Assembly: GCA_041666185.1 (NCBI GenBank)
Contig: JBAYHL010000004.1
Location: forward strand, 105 to 64,104
DNA from: Patescibacteria group bacterium
GTDB lineage: Bacteria > Patescibacteriota > UBA1384 > UBA12157 > JAENIV01
Direction: 5' to 3'
DNA length: 64,000 bases
Made by a program: the position numbers and the translations under genes. Below, piece after piece: positions 29,987 to 40,184 of the stretch. How positions within the stretch are numbered: position 1 is the stretch's first letter; every line of letters starts with the position of its first letter. A model generated the notes under the pieces. The model was not told where the DNA came from and did no database searches. It worked only from the letters and a program-made list of their open reading frames with translations.

Positions 29987-31027
29987 TTATATTCTATATT
30001 CTTGGAGTTTGTCTAAATCTTTTTTAACACGTTCAGTAAGTAGCAATTTAATATCGCGTTCAACCATCATCTTAACCAATGATTCAAAATCGGTTTCCGG
30101 AACCCAATTTAATTTCTTTTTTGCTTTAGTAATATCGGCTTTTAGTTCAACTACTTCGGCTGGTCGCAAAAATTTAGGGTCAACTTTAACATATTTTTCC
30201 CAATCTTTAATTTCCGCGGCTTCAAAAGAGGCTTTAACAAAATCTCTAACCGAATAATTGACACCTGTGCCAATAACATAATCGTCCGGTTTGTCTTGCT
30301 GAAGCATTAACCACATTGCCTTAATGTAGTCACCAGCAAAACCCCAGTCTCGTTTGGCATCAAGGTTACCCAATCTTAGTTCATCGGCTAACCCTAATTT
30401 GATTCTGGCAACACCATCGGTAATTTTACGAGTTACAAATTCAATTCCTCTTCGTGGTGATTCGTGATTAAACAAAATTCCAGAACAGGCAAATAAATTA
30501 TAACTTTCTCGATAATTTACCGTAATATAGTGACCAAAAGCCTTGCTAACTGCATATGGGCTTCGTGGCTGAAAACGTGTTTTTTCACTTTGAGGAGCAG
30601 GTGCTGAACCAAACATTTCTGAACTGGAAGCTTGATAAAACCTAGCTTTAGGACAGATTTGACGCATAGCCTCTAACACTCGCAAAACCCCGAGTCCAGT
30701 AAACTCACTAGTTGCTAAAGGTTCGTTCCAAGAATCTTTAACGAAACTTTGAGCGGCTAAATTATAAATTTCGTCTGGTTGAACTTCTTGTAAAATTGCC
30801 GCAATTGAAGATTGATCTAATAAATCACCATAAACAAGTTCAATTTTATCTAAAATATGGTTAATTCTTTCTAAATTCGGTGTACTTGTTCTGCGAACCA
30901 TTCCATAAACTTTATAACCTTTACTAACCAAAAATTCGGCCAAGTAAGAACCGTCTTGACCGGTAATACCGGTAATTAAAGCGACTTTTTGTTTTTTCGA
31001 TTGAATTTCTTTTGAGTTATTGGACAT
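29987..31027 (-). CDS. gmd: GDP-mannose 4,6-dehydratase
   Basis: 346 aa: [35 protein letters not shown]..., the conserved Gmd N-terminus, plus a YAVSK catalytic motif. Confidence 0.9.
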   Translation of the reverse strand: MSNNSKEIQSKKQKVALITGITGQDGSYLAEFLVSKGYKVYGMVRRTSTPNLERINHILDKIELVYGDLLDQSSIAAILQEVQPDEIYNLAAQSFVKDSWNEPLATSEFTGLGVLRVLEAMRQICPKARFYQASSSEMFGSAPAPQSEKTRFQPRSPYAVSKAFGHYITVNYRESYNLFACSGILFNHESPRRGIEFVTRKITDGVARIKLGLADELRLGNLDAKRDWGFAGDYIKAMWLMLQQDKPDDYVIGTGVNYSVRDFVKASFEAAEIKDWEKYVKVDPKFLRPAEVVELKADITKAKKKLNWVPETDFESLVKMMVERDIKLLLTERVKKDLDKLQEYRI

Positions 31028-31052
31028 TTGTTATTTCCTAAATTTATGATTT

Positions 31053-32282
31053 TTAATTATTAATCTTAGCATATTTAATCAATTTGTCAAGAGCAAGCTT
31101 GCCCGCTTCCTTGTCTTTAGAATCAATTTTCTCTAACTTTACAATTTCGCCAAGAGCTAAACCAATCTTAATTGTTTTTTCAGCTTGAGGAATTAACTCT
31201 TTTCTGAATTCTTCTTCTGTTTTTTTAATACTTTCTAAATATTTTTCAAACGGCATTCCCATACCTGCCGCACGTGTACGAATGTCATTTACTTGCCGCT
31301 CAATTTCTTGGTTTATTAGACCTTCAGGGACTTCAGTATCTGTTATTTTCAAAAGCTCATCTAAAACTTGGTTTTCGGTATTTCTTTTTTCCACTTCTTG
31401 TTTTTGCAAAATAATATCATCACCAATAGCTTTTTTAAGATCTTCTAAAGATTTTTTTTCAAAAGTTTTAGCAAATGTATCATTTAATTCTGGTAAGATC
31501 ACTTCTTGAGTTTCTAGAACTTCAACCTTAAAATCAATTGATTTTTTGGGTTGTTTTTCATCTTTTGGATCAGCTAATTTAATAGTAAACTCTTTTTTAT
31601 CACCTTTTTTTAAACCTATTAAATTCTTTTCAAAATCAGGAATCAGCGAACCACTACCCAAAATTACCGGATAGTGATTTGAGGAAAGATTCTCTAGCTT
31701 TACACCTTTTTCAAAACCTTCAAAATTAACTTCTACTCGATCTCCATTTTTTAAAGGACGATCAATATCGGTAAAAGTCGCTTTTTGGCGCTGTAGATGT
31801 GATAAAACCTGTTTAATTTCTTCATCAGTTGTCTTAGAACTTTCCGAAGATTTCTTAATTTTTATTTTCTTATAATCGCCAACTTTGACAACTGGTAAAA
31901 TATCAACTTCGACAGTGTATTCTAATTCTGCCGTATCAGCTGTTAGATCTTTTAGAACTTTAATATCAACTTTTGGTTGAGATACTGGTAAAATATCTTC
32001 TTTTTTTAAAGCCTTACCATACGTTTCCTGTAAAGCAATGTCTAAAATTTCGGAATTAAGTCTATTTTCCCCAATAGCCGAGATTGTTAAACTTTTTGGG
32101 GCTGTTCCCGTTCGAAAACCCTTAACTTCAACAGTTGGAGCTAATTTTTCATAAGCACGTGCAAAAAACTCTCGCATCTCTGGAGAGCTCACTTTAATCG
32201 ATAATTTAACTTTTGATTTTGATAAATTTTCTTTTTTTATTTCCATAGAGTTTACACTACCATAAAAAGTGCTATTTGACAA
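31053..32282 (-). CDS. tig: Trigger factor
   Basis: 409 aa. The N-terminal ribosome-binding signature is GFRTGTAPK; a PPIase-like middle domain follows. Confidence 0.8.
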   Translation of the reverse strand: MSNSTFYGSVNSMEIKKENLSKSKVKLSIKVSSPEMREFFARAYEKLAPTVEVKGFRTGTAPKSLTISAIGENRLNSEILDIALQETYGKALKKEDILPVSQPKVDIKVLKDLTADTAELEYTVEVDILPVVKVGDYKKIKIKKSSESSKTTDEEIKQVLSHLQRQKATFTDIDRPLKNGDRVEVNFEGFEKGVKLENLSSNHYPVILGSGSLIPDFEKNLIGLKKGDKKEFTIKLADPKDEKQPKKSIDFKVEVLETQEVILPELNDTFAKTFEKKSLEDLKKAIGDDIILQKQEVEKRNTENQVLDELLKITDTEVPEGLINQEIERQVNDIRTRAAGMGMPFEKYLESIKKTEEEFRKELIPQAEKTIKIGLALGEIVKLEKIDSKDKEAGKLALDKLIKYAKINN

Positions 32283-32293
32283 GTGATTACACC

Positions 32294-33427
32294 TTAACCA
32301 AGTACTTCTAGTCCAGGTAAGGTCTTGCCAGCTAAAAATTCCAAGGTTGCGCCACCACCAATTGAAAGAAAGTCAAATTTATCTTCCAAGTTATGTTGGC
32401 GAATAAAAGAGGTTGTATCGCCACCGCCAGCATATTTTTTAGCCGGCGAATCAACAATTGCTTTAGTAATTGCCAATGTCCCATGACTGAATTCTTCTAT
32501 TTCAGATATCCCCATATTACCGTTAAAAAAGATGGTTTTGGAATCAGCAATAATTTGAGCAAATTCTTTAATTGTTTTAATCCCAACATCAACAGCTGAG
32601 GAATTATCGATATCTAATAAATTATCTAATGCGAGAGTCTTTAAGTTTTCTTCTTTTTCTAACGACTCTGAAAAAACTAGATCCTGAGGTAACTTAATCT
32701 GATCATCTAAATTTTTAATTATTTCCCGAGCTTCTTTCAAAACTTCTTTCTCAATCAAAGATTTGCCTAAATAATAATCACATGCCGCTAAAAAAGTATT
32801 TGCCACTACTCCACCAAGTAAGAAATTTTCACATTTTTGGGATAAATTTTTTATTACTGGCAATTTTGTTTCTGCTTTTTTACCACCAATTATAATAGTA
32901 AAGCCATCTGAACTTTCTAAAATTTTACTTAAATTTTCCACCTCACGTTGCACCGAAAAACCGGCATAAGTCGGTAGTAACTTAGCAACACCTACTGTCG
33001 AAGCATGAGCCCTGTGACAAGTAGCGAAAGCATCTTGGATAAATAAATCTTGTCCTGTTGATAAAAGTTTTGAAAATTCTGGATCATTTTCTTCTTCACC
33101 TAAATTGAAACGTAAATTTTCTAAAATTTGCCAATTTTGATGTGTTCCCAAAAGTTCAATTAATTTATCTTCCACTGGTCGCATTTTAAGTTCTGATACC
33201 TCTTTACCATTAGGCCTGCCAATATGGCCAATAATTGTTATCTTGGCATTATTTTCTATCAAATACCTAAGAGTCGGTACACTTGCTTGCAATCTTTCGT
33301 CATCAATTACCACCCCATTTTCAATCGGGACGTCGCCATCAATGCGAATCAGAACATTTTTATTATTTACATCTATTTGATTAATAATTTTCATTTTTTT
33401 ATTTCGTAATCCAGCCACCGTCAACAA
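32294..33427 (-). CDS. pgk: Phosphoglycerate kinase
   Basis: 377 aa with N- and C-domain motifs (LENLRFN..E, GGGD...). Confidence 0.9.
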   Translation of the reverse strand: MLTVAGLRNKKMKIINQIDVNNKNVLIRIDGDVPIENGVVIDDERLQASVPTLRYLIENNAKITIIGHIGRPNGKEVSELKMRPVEDKLIELLGTHQNWQILENLRFNLGEEENDPEFSKLLSTGQDLFIQDAFATCHRAHASTVGVAKLLPTYAGFSVQREVENLSKILESSDGFTIIIGGKKAETKLPVIKNLSQKCENFLLGGVVANTFLAACDYYLGKSLIEKEVLKEAREIIKNLDDQIKLPQDLVFSESLEKEENLKTLALDNLLDIDNSSAVDVGIKTIKEFAQIIADSKTIFFNGNMGISEIEEFSHGTLAITKAIVDSPAKKYAGGGDTTSFIRQHNLEDKFDFLSIGGGATLEFLAGKTLPGLEVLG

Positions 33428-34142
33428 CCAAAACTTGGCCGGTAATATAACTGGCTTCGTCTGAGGCTAAAAACAAAACCGCATTAGCAATATCTTCCGG
33501 CTCGCCCATTCGCCCTAAAGGAATACTAGCAATAGTCTGAGCTTTAGTTTCCTCAGTCATCCCCATGCTAGCCCCCGGCGTACTAATTGCGCCCGGAGCC
33601 ACTGCATTAACATTGATTTTTTTGCTTGCTAATTCCAATGCTAGTGCACGGATAAACCCATTCACCCCACCTTTTGAGGCACAATAATGAGACAGACCAG
33701 AAAAACCAACAAAAGAAGCAATGGATGAAATATCCACAATTTTCGAGCCTTCTTTCATAACCTTTACAGCCGACTTCGAACACAAAAAAACGCTTTTTAA
33801 ATTAACATCCAAAACTCGATCCCAATCCTCTTCCGTCATTTCCAAAAACGGTTTGTACGGAAAAATTCCAGCATTATTAACTAAAATATCTAGTTTTCCG
33901 AAGCTTTCTATTGTCTTAGTAATTAAATTATCCACTTCCTGATTTTTGGAAACATCGCATTTAATTGCCATAGCTTTTTGACCGGATTGATTTATTTCAT
34001 CGGCAACTTTTTGAGCGCTTTCTTCGTTTAGATCGCTTACCACAACTGAGCAACCTTCGTTTGCTAACTTTTTCGCAATTCCTTGACCGATCCCTTGACC
34101 AGATCCAGTCACAATTGCTACTTTATCTTTAAGACGATCCAT
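33399..34142 (-). CDS. Short-chain dehydrogenase/reductase (FabG-like)
   Basis: TGSGQGIGQGIA glycine motif, NNAG, and S...YxxxK (YCASK). Confidence 0.85.
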   Translation of the reverse strand: MDRLKDKVAIVTGSGQGIGQGIAKKLANEGCSVVVSDLNEESAQKVADEINQSGQKAMAIKCDVSKNQEVDNLITKTIESFGKLDILVNNAGIFPYKPFLEMTEEDWDRVLDVNLKSVFLCSKSAVKVMKEGSKIVDISSIASFVGFSGLSHYCASKGGVNGFIRALALELASKKINVNAVAPGAISTPGASMGMTEETKAQTIASIPLGRMGEPEDIANAVLFLASDEASYITGQVLVVDGGWITK

Positions 34143-34170
34143 TTCTATCTCCTTCTTTTAAAAACTATGG

Positions 34171-35583
34171 TTAAATTTTACAAATTCTTGCCTGTTGAGT
34201 GTTGTAACTTGTGTGTAAATATTTCTGCGCAAGCTCTGAACCAGCACAGCCGAAAAATTCATCGTAAACTTGTTTTACAATTGGATTTTCATGCGCTTTC
34301 CTGACGGGTTTGTGAGCATCAATTTCATATAAAGCTTTTCGACGTTTATTAATAGTATCTACCGTTGCTGGTTTTGGTTGTCCACCACCACCAACGCAAC
34401 CACCAGGACAAGCCATCACTTCAACATAATGATAAGTTTCACCATTTTTAATTTCTTCGATTATCTTTTCTGCATTGGCAAGACCTGTAGCAATAGCTAT
34501 TTTAATTTCTTTATCACCAATATTTAGAGTTGCTTTTTTAATTCCTTCCATTCCTCGAAATTCTTCATAATCAATTTTATCAATTTTAATATTTCTAAAG
34601 ATATCAGCAAAAGTTCTCACAGCAGATTCCATTACTCCGCCAGAAGCACCATAAATCGCTCCCGCGCCACTTGCTTTACCTAAAGGGGCATCAAAATCAA
34701 CTGACTCTAATTCTGGTAAATTTATTTGGGCTTCTTTTATCATTTTTATAAATTCACGAGTTGTCAAAACCCAGTCAACATCAAATTGGCCAGATTTGTC
34801 TTCACCTTCTCTTTTGGATTCAAACTTTTTAGCGACACAAGGCATAATCGAAACAACGGAAATTTTTGCCGGATCAATTTTCATTTTTTTGGCAAAAAAG
34901 GTTTTAATAATAACCGCTAAACATTCTTGCGGTGAACGCACCGAGGTAATATTTGGAATCAATTCTGGATGAAAATCTTCAATAAATTTAACTCTTGCCG
35001 GGCAGCAAGAAGTAAATAAAGGAGTTTTACCCTCTAGTACCCTGTCCTTCAAATCATAGGCTTCTTCGTAAGTAGTAAAGTCAGCCCCTAGATTAACATC
35101 AAAAACATAATCAAATCCCATTTTTTTCAAAGCCGCTACCATCTGACCTTCTAAAATATCTTCTGGATTTTTGCCAAACGACTCACCCAAACTTACACGA
35201 ATTGAAGGAGCGATTTGGGCGATAACAATTTTGTCTTTATTTTCAAGATCTTTTTTAACATCTTCAATATTTTCTTTTTCGGAAAGTGTGCCTGTAGGAC
35301 AAGCAAGTATGCATTGCCCGCAACGAGTACAATTACTTTCAGAAACTTTTAATTTCCCATCAGGTCTAAAATAAGAACACTCGCCAACTTTTACTTCAAC
35401 TGGTATACCTAAATTATTATGCTCTAAGCAAGCTGTTCGACAAAGTCCGCAACTAATGCATTTTTTTTCATCACGAATAATTGCGACATCATCAAAATCT
35501 TGAAAAGTTTCACATTTTTGATTCTGGAGAACATTTTGCTTTGGTTTTATTTCAAAATCTTTACCATTTATTTCTACTGCCAT
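34171..35583 (-). CDS. [FeFe]-hydrogenase catalytic subunit (HydA-like) with two N-terminal 4Fe-4S ferredoxin motifs
   Basis: CISCGLCRTAC and CTRCGQCILACP clusters. H-cluster motifs are L1 FTSCCPAR (variant of TSCCPxW), L2 MPCVAKKFE and L3 EVMACPGGCVGGGGQP. Confidence 0.85.
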   Translation of the reverse strand: MAVEINGKDFEIKPKQNVLQNQKCETFQDFDDVAIIRDEKKCISCGLCRTACLEHNNLGIPVEVKVGECSYFRPDGKLKVSESNCTRCGQCILACPTGTLSEKENIEDVKKDLENKDKIVIAQIAPSIRVSLGESFGKNPEDILEGQMVAALKKMGFDYVFDVNLGADFTTYEEAYDLKDRVLEGKTPLFTSCCPARVKFIEDFHPELIPNITSVRSPQECLAVIIKTFFAKKMKIDPAKISVVSIMPCVAKKFESKREGEDKSGQFDVDWVLTTREFIKMIKEAQINLPELESVDFDAPLGKASGAGAIYGASGGVMESAVRTFADIFRNIKIDKIDYEEFRGMEGIKKATLNIGDKEIKIAIATGLANAEKIIEEIKNGETYHYVEVMACPGGCVGGGGQPKPATVDTINKRRKALYEIDAHKPVRKAHENPIVKQVYDEFFGCAGSELAQKYLHTSYNTQQARICKI

Positions 35584-35592
35584 TTGTCCTTT

Positions 35593-35790
35593 CTATTTGC
35601 TCTTATAAATAACCCTGAAAAACACAACTACACCGACCAAGAAAAAGAAAAGCGAAACTGTTGTAAGCACTGTCACCGATTGGCTATAAGTTGCTGCGCT
35701 AGCCGAAACAAATAGTCTGTCTGCTCCTAAAAGCAAAGTACCAATAATTAAAGAGGCAAGACCAATTACAAGTTGGTTACTTTTTTTCAT
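35593..35790 (-). CDS. Small hypothetical membrane protein (65 aa)
   Basis: Two hydrophobic helices. It sits immediately downstream of the hydrogenase, so it may be spurious. Confidence 0.35.
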   Translation of the reverse strand: MKKSNQLVIGLASLIIGTLLLGADRLFVSASAATYSQSVTVLTTVSLFFFLVGVVVFFRVIYKSK

Positions 35791-35825
35791 AATAATTCCC
35801 CATTTTCCAGACTTAAAGCTTTGAG

Positions 35826-36242
35826 CTATTTATGCTCATCAAGCCATTTCTTTAAAACATCTTTGGTTTGAAATCCCACCAATCGATCACCATTAGAAGC
35901 AATAAAAGTTGGTGTACCAGTTACGTTTGCTTGAGTTGCCAGTTCTGGTTTTTCACCAATGTTCATTGACTTAACTTTATAGCCTTCATTACCAAGAGGT
36001 GCTAAAACTTCGTCTTTTTCTTTTTGGCACCAATGACAAAAATCGGAATAATAATAAGCTACTTTAGCATCTTCGGCAAAATATGATTGATTTGTTGCAG
36101 CCCCTGCAACTTGTTGATTATCATTTGAAGGTAGAGGGTTAGCAACAATTTCTTTTTTTGACAGTTTTAAATAACCGACTAATCCTAAACCTACTACTAA
36201 GATCAAAACTATGATACTAATTAATGCCCAATCTTTACGCAT
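35826..36242 (-). CDS. Membrane-anchored thioredoxin-fold protein (CxxC)
   Basis: N-terminal TM helix, CHWC redox motif, thioredoxin-like length. Confidence 0.7.
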   Translation of the reverse strand: MRKDWALISIIVLILVVGLGLVGYLKLSKKEIVANPLPSNDNQQVAGAATNQSYFAEDAKVAYYYSDFCHWCQKEKDEVLAPLGNEGYKVKSMNIGEKPELATQANVTGTPTFIASNGDRLVGFQTKDVLKKWLDEHK

Positions 36243-36251
36243 TTTAACTCC

Positions 36252-37262
36252 TCATTTATTTATTTTTTCTTCAATATATTGGCAAAATTTGGTTAATCTT
36301 TTGGAATAACCCATTTCATTATCATACCAAGCAACAACCCTTATCAAATTACCATCAATCACCTGTGTTGACAAGAGATCAACAATCGCTCCATGAGGAT
36401 CACCTTTAAAATCAATACTCACCAACGGTTCTTCTGTTACTGCTAAAGCTTCTCGATACTTTGGGTCTAAGGAAGCGGTAATGAAAGCATCATTTACTTC
36501 AGAAACACTAGTCTCCTTACTCACTAAGGCAACGAAATCAATCATTGAAACAGTTGAAGTTGGTACACGATAAGACATTCCATCCATAGTTCCACGAAGT
36601 TCAGGTAAAACTTCGCAAGCCGCTTTGGTGGCTCCAGTTGTCGTCGGAATAATTGAAACTGTCGCCGATCTTGCTCGTCTTAAATCTTTATGGACATCAT
36701 CTTGCAACCTTTGATCCATTGTATATGAATGAATAGTCGACATTGAAGATTTCTTAATATTAAAACTTTTGTGCAAAACGTCAGCAACTGGCACTAAACA
36801 ATTAGTAGTACAAGAAGCCATTGAAAGAACTTTATCTTCTTTCAGGTCGAGTTTTTCTTCGTTTACACCTAAAACAAAAGTTTTAACTTTTTTTTCACCT
36901 TTAGCCGGAGCAGAAATTATTACATGCTTAGCGCCTGCTTTAAGATGATTGGAAGCTCCTTCGTGATCCGTAAAAACTCCCGTTGACTCAATCACGATAT
37001 CAACGTCTAATTTTTCCCAAGGTAATTTTGTAGGATCTTTCTCAGCAAATACAGAAATAGGCTTATTATCAACCAAAAGCTGACCATCAACTATCTCAAC
37101 CTTACTGCCAAAAAGACCATAAGTTGAATCATGCTTTAACAAATGAACCAGTGTTTCAATATCCGTCAAATCATTAATAGCGACAATATCCAACTTTTCT
37201 TCATAAGCCGCTCTAAAAAAAGTTCGCCCGATTCGACCAAAACCATTAATGGCAATTTTCAT
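36252..37262 (-). CDS. gap: Glyceraldehyde-3-phosphate dehydrogenase
   Basis: MKIAINGFGRIGR and the catalytic S-C-TTNC context (ASCTTNCLVP). Confidence 0.95.
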   Translation of the reverse strand: MKIAINGFGRIGRTFFRAAYEEKLDIVAINDLTDIETLVHLLKHDSTYGLFGSKVEIVDGQLLVDNKPISVFAEKDPTKLPWEKLDVDIVIESTGVFTDHEGASNHLKAGAKHVIISAPAKGEKKVKTFVLGVNEEKLDLKEDKVLSMASCTTNCLVPVADVLHKSFNIKKSSMSTIHSYTMDQRLQDDVHKDLRRARSATVSIIPTTTGATKAACEVLPELRGTMDGMSYRVPTSTVSMIDFVALVSKETSVSEVNDAFITASLDPKYREALAVTEEPLVSIDFKGDPHGAIVDLLSTQVIDGNLIRVVAWYDNEMGYSKRLTKFCQYIEEKINK

Positions 37263-37301
37263 TATAACCTCCGTTATTATTTATTATAATACATTTACGT
37301 T

Positions 37302-38309
37302 TCAAGAAAATCTTAAGCCTGCTGCCGGCCAACGATATTCTTTAACTTTTCTTTTAATTACGCTACTTGAAAGCAGTCCTTCTTGAGCCCCAATTTTACC
37401 AACAACTGAAGCAGAATTAACAACTCCCCACTTCAAACAATCTTGAAGTGGTTGACCTTGCATAAGACCAGCCAGAAAACCAGCAGAAAAAGAATCGCCA
37501 GCGCCAGTCGCATCAAGTCTTGCACCAGGATAAATTCCAACTTTTAAAAATGTTTCTTTGGTGTAAACATAGGCACCTTCTTGACCATCAGTGATAACAA
37601 CCATCTTAGGGCCACGAAGACTTATTGCTTTAGCAATATCTTTTATTTGCGGTGTCCCAGAAAGCCCCGAAAGACGTTGAGCTTCTTCACGATTAAGAAA
37701 TATAACCTCTAGCAATTCCTTTAAACCACCAAAGCTTTCTAAACCGGCATTGATTTGAACCGAACCAGGGTTAACAGCTACTTTAAGATTATTTTTAACA
37801 ACTAGTGCTGTAATTTGGTTATAAATTCTTTCGTAACCTTTTGCCATCGGCCCAAGAAAAACCCATGAGCTATTAAACTCTTTTGGCAAAACAAAATCTT
37901 CTGGCTTAAAAGAATGATAAACAAAAATTGTTCTTTCACCTTTATAAGAAACTATTACTGAAAAACTACTTTTTCTCAACTTAAAAACTTTAAGATTTTC
38001 TGTACCAACTTTTTTTTCTTCAAGATTGTCGATGATTTCACTACCATTACTGTCACCACCAACAGATGAAATAATCTTTGTTTTGAATCCTAATTTTGCC
38101 ATACCTACGGCCACGTTAGTTGCCGTACCACCATTAGAAAAACAAACATCAGAAACATTAATTTTATCACCCAGACCAAAAACTAAGTATTTATCAAAAT
38201 GATCTTCAGCACTAATTTTTTCGTCAGTTACTGGTTTTTCCATATCTTCAAGCTCAGGAAAAACAAAAATATCACGCATTGCATCGCCAATTGTAATTAT
38301 GTCATACAT
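37302..38309 (-). CDS. PfkB-family carbohydrate kinase, a possible 6-phosphofructokinase of the glycolytic cluster
   Basis: GG motif near the N-terminus and the C-terminal DTTGAGDSFSAGFLAGL signature. It sits between fba and gap. Confidence 0.8.
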   Translation of the reverse strand: MYDIITIGDAMRDIFVFPELEDMEKPVTDEKISAEDHFDKYLVFGLGDKINVSDVCFSNGGTATNVAVGMAKLGFKTKIISSVGGDSNGSEIIDNLEEKKVGTENLKVFKLRKSSFSVIVSYKGERTIFVYHSFKPEDFVLPKEFNSSWVFLGPMAKGYERIYNQITALVVKNNLKVAVNPGSVQINAGLESFGGLKELLEVIFLNREEAQRLSGLSGTPQIKDIAKAISLRGPKMVVITDGQEGAYVYTKETFLKVGIYPGARLDATGAGDSFSAGFLAGLMQGQPLQDCLKWGVVNSASVVGKIGAQEGLLSSSVIKRKVKEYRWPAAGLRFS

Positions 38310-38328
38310 AATAGTTAATTCTCAGTTT

Positions 38329-39159
38329 TTAAGCTTTGTTATTACTACCAAATAGCTTGATTTTTCTCTCTACTAAGTTCTGTACTCCCACCATCACCTC
38401 TTCCAAAATCTCACGAGGATCTTGTTCTTCCGGATGATCTTTTAGAACTTCTCGTAAATCTTTGGTAAATTCATGTCGTATATCGGTATCAATGTTTACC
38501 TTACAAATACCATTAGCAATAACTTTTTTAACATCGTTATCTGGTATGCCCGATCCACCATGCAAAACTAAAGGAATGTCAGTAAAAGCTTTTATTTGAT
38601 TAAGAAGATTTAAATTTAATTTTTCATCGTCAGCGACGCCATGAGATGAACCGATCGAAATTGCTAAAAAATCAACTTCTGTTTTTTTTACAAATTCTAA
38701 AACATCTTCTGGGTTAGTGAATTGACTTTCGCTTTTACCTGCTTTCCCCAAAGCACCCAATTCTCCTTCGCAAGGAACATCTGCAACGTGTGCCATCATT
38801 GCCGCTTGATGAGTTAAGGCGATATTTTCTCCCAACAGCATGTCTGACCCGTCAATCATCACAGAAGTATAACCAGCCTCAAGACACACTTTAACAATAT
38901 GTAAACTTTTGCCGTGATCTAAATGTAAAGCTACTGGCACTTTAGCATTTTCAGCTTCCTGGCGAATTAAAGCGGCTAACGTTTCAATACCACCATACTG
39001 AATTGCTTTCTCTGAAGTTGCGACCATAACTGGTGAGAGTTGGGCTTCCGCTGCTTTAATAATTGCCTTTGTAATTTCTAAATCAGAAGTGTTAAAACAA
39101 CCAACAGCGTAACCACCCCTTTTTGCATCTAAAATCATTTGTTTGGATGTAACTAACAT
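38329..39159 (-). CDS. fba: Class II fructose-bisphosphate aldolase
   Basis: LHLDHG and the HGGSG Zn/phosphate-binding motifs. Confidence 0.9.
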   Translation of the reverse strand: MLVTSKQMILDAKRGGYAVGCFNTSDLEITKAIIKAAEAQLSPVMVATSEKAIQYGGIETLAALIRQEAENAKVPVALHLDHGKSLHIVKVCLEAGYTSVMIDGSDMLLGENIALTHQAAMMAHVADVPCEGELGALGKAGKSESQFTNPEDVLEFVKKTEVDFLAISIGSSHGVADDEKLNLNLLNQIKAFTDIPLVLHGGSGIPDNDVKKVIANGICKVNIDTDIRHEFTKDLREVLKDHPEEQDPREILEEVMVGVQNLVERKIKLFGSNNKA

Positions 39160-39179
39160 ATTTTTTCTTTCTATCTACT

Positions 39180-39330
39180 TCTTAATTTTCAAAAGCGAGC
39201 CATATATCTATCAAAGTAAATCGCGCAGCCGAGCGGGCAAGGTGTGAACGCAGTGAACGAGCGAGGCGAGCGCTTAGGACCAAAATTCTCGCTGGGAATT
39301 TTGAGTCCGGTACTTTGATGGATATTGGCA
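39180..39330 (-). ncRNA. Candidate structured RNA (GC-rich intergenic block between tpiA and fba)
   Basis: ~150 nt at roughly 55-60% GC in a ~35% genome, with nested complementary segments (GCGAG...CUCGC, GAGCGGGC / GCCCGCUC). It has no ORF and no match to the SRP, RNase P or tmRNA motifs I could test by eye. Confidence 0.25.
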
Positions 39331-39334
39331 AGCG

Positions 39335-40126
39335 TCAGTCTTCCCCCGCCGCTTGCTTACAAATTTCAATAAATTCTTTTGCTTTTAAAGACGCTCCACC
39401 AACTAGCGCACCATCAATTTCAGGCTGAAGAGTAAATTCACAAATATTTTTTGAATCAACTGAACCACCATATAGAATCCTAACTCTTTCAGAAAGTGAT
39501 TGACTATATTTACGAGCAAAAACCAGGCGGAGTTTTTCAATAACTACAGCAGCATAATCACCAGTAGCCGCATTACCTGTACCAATTGCCCAAACTGGTT
39601 CATAAGCAACAATAATTTTTTCTGCTTTTTCAGCTGATATACCTTTTAAAGCCGCTTCCAATTGATGAACGACGTCCGATTTCAGCTCAACTGAATCTGG
39701 CCTGCCGCGTCCTCTTTTTTGTTGCGTTTTTTTAAGTTCACCAACACAAACAATCGGTGTAATTCCAAAACTTAAAGCAGCATGAATTTTATCATTAATT
39801 AAAGCATTTGATTCACCAAAATGAGAACGGCGTTCACTATGACCTAAAATTACATATTTGACTAAACCCTTAATCATTGTTGGTGAAATTTCTCCGGTCA
39901 TTGCCCCAGACTGCGCAAACCACATATTTTGAGCACCTAAATGGAGATTTTTAGGAGCATGCTCCAAATCTTCCGAAAGTGGCACTAACCAAACAAACGG
40001 CGGGCAAAGAACAACTTCTACAGAATCCAAATCTTCCGCTGCACGTCTTATAGAGCTCACTAACACAACAGCATCAGAAAGCGAAGTGTTCATTTTCCAA
40101 TTACCAATAATAAGAGGACGGCGCAT
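39335..40126 (-). CDS. tpiA: Triosephosphate isomerase
   Basis: IIGNWKMN, VILGHSERR, and the C-terminal GGASLK. Confidence 0.9.
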   Translation of the reverse strand: MRRPLIIGNWKMNTSLSDAVVLVSSIRRAAEDLDSVEVVLCPPFVWLVPLSEDLEHAPKNLHLGAQNMWFAQSGAMTGEISPTMIKGLVKYVILGHSERRSHFGESNALINDKIHAALSFGITPIVCVGELKKTQQKRGRGRPDSVELKSDVVHQLEAALKGISAEKAEKIIVAYEPVWAIGTGNAATGDYAAVVIEKLRLVFARKYSQSLSERVRILYGGSVDSKNICEFTLQPEIDGALVGGASLKAKEFIEICKQAAGED

Positions 40127-40184
40127 AAAAAACTCCTTTTTTATCTTCTATTTAAATATACAGCAGAGAGTCCAAAAAACAAAA

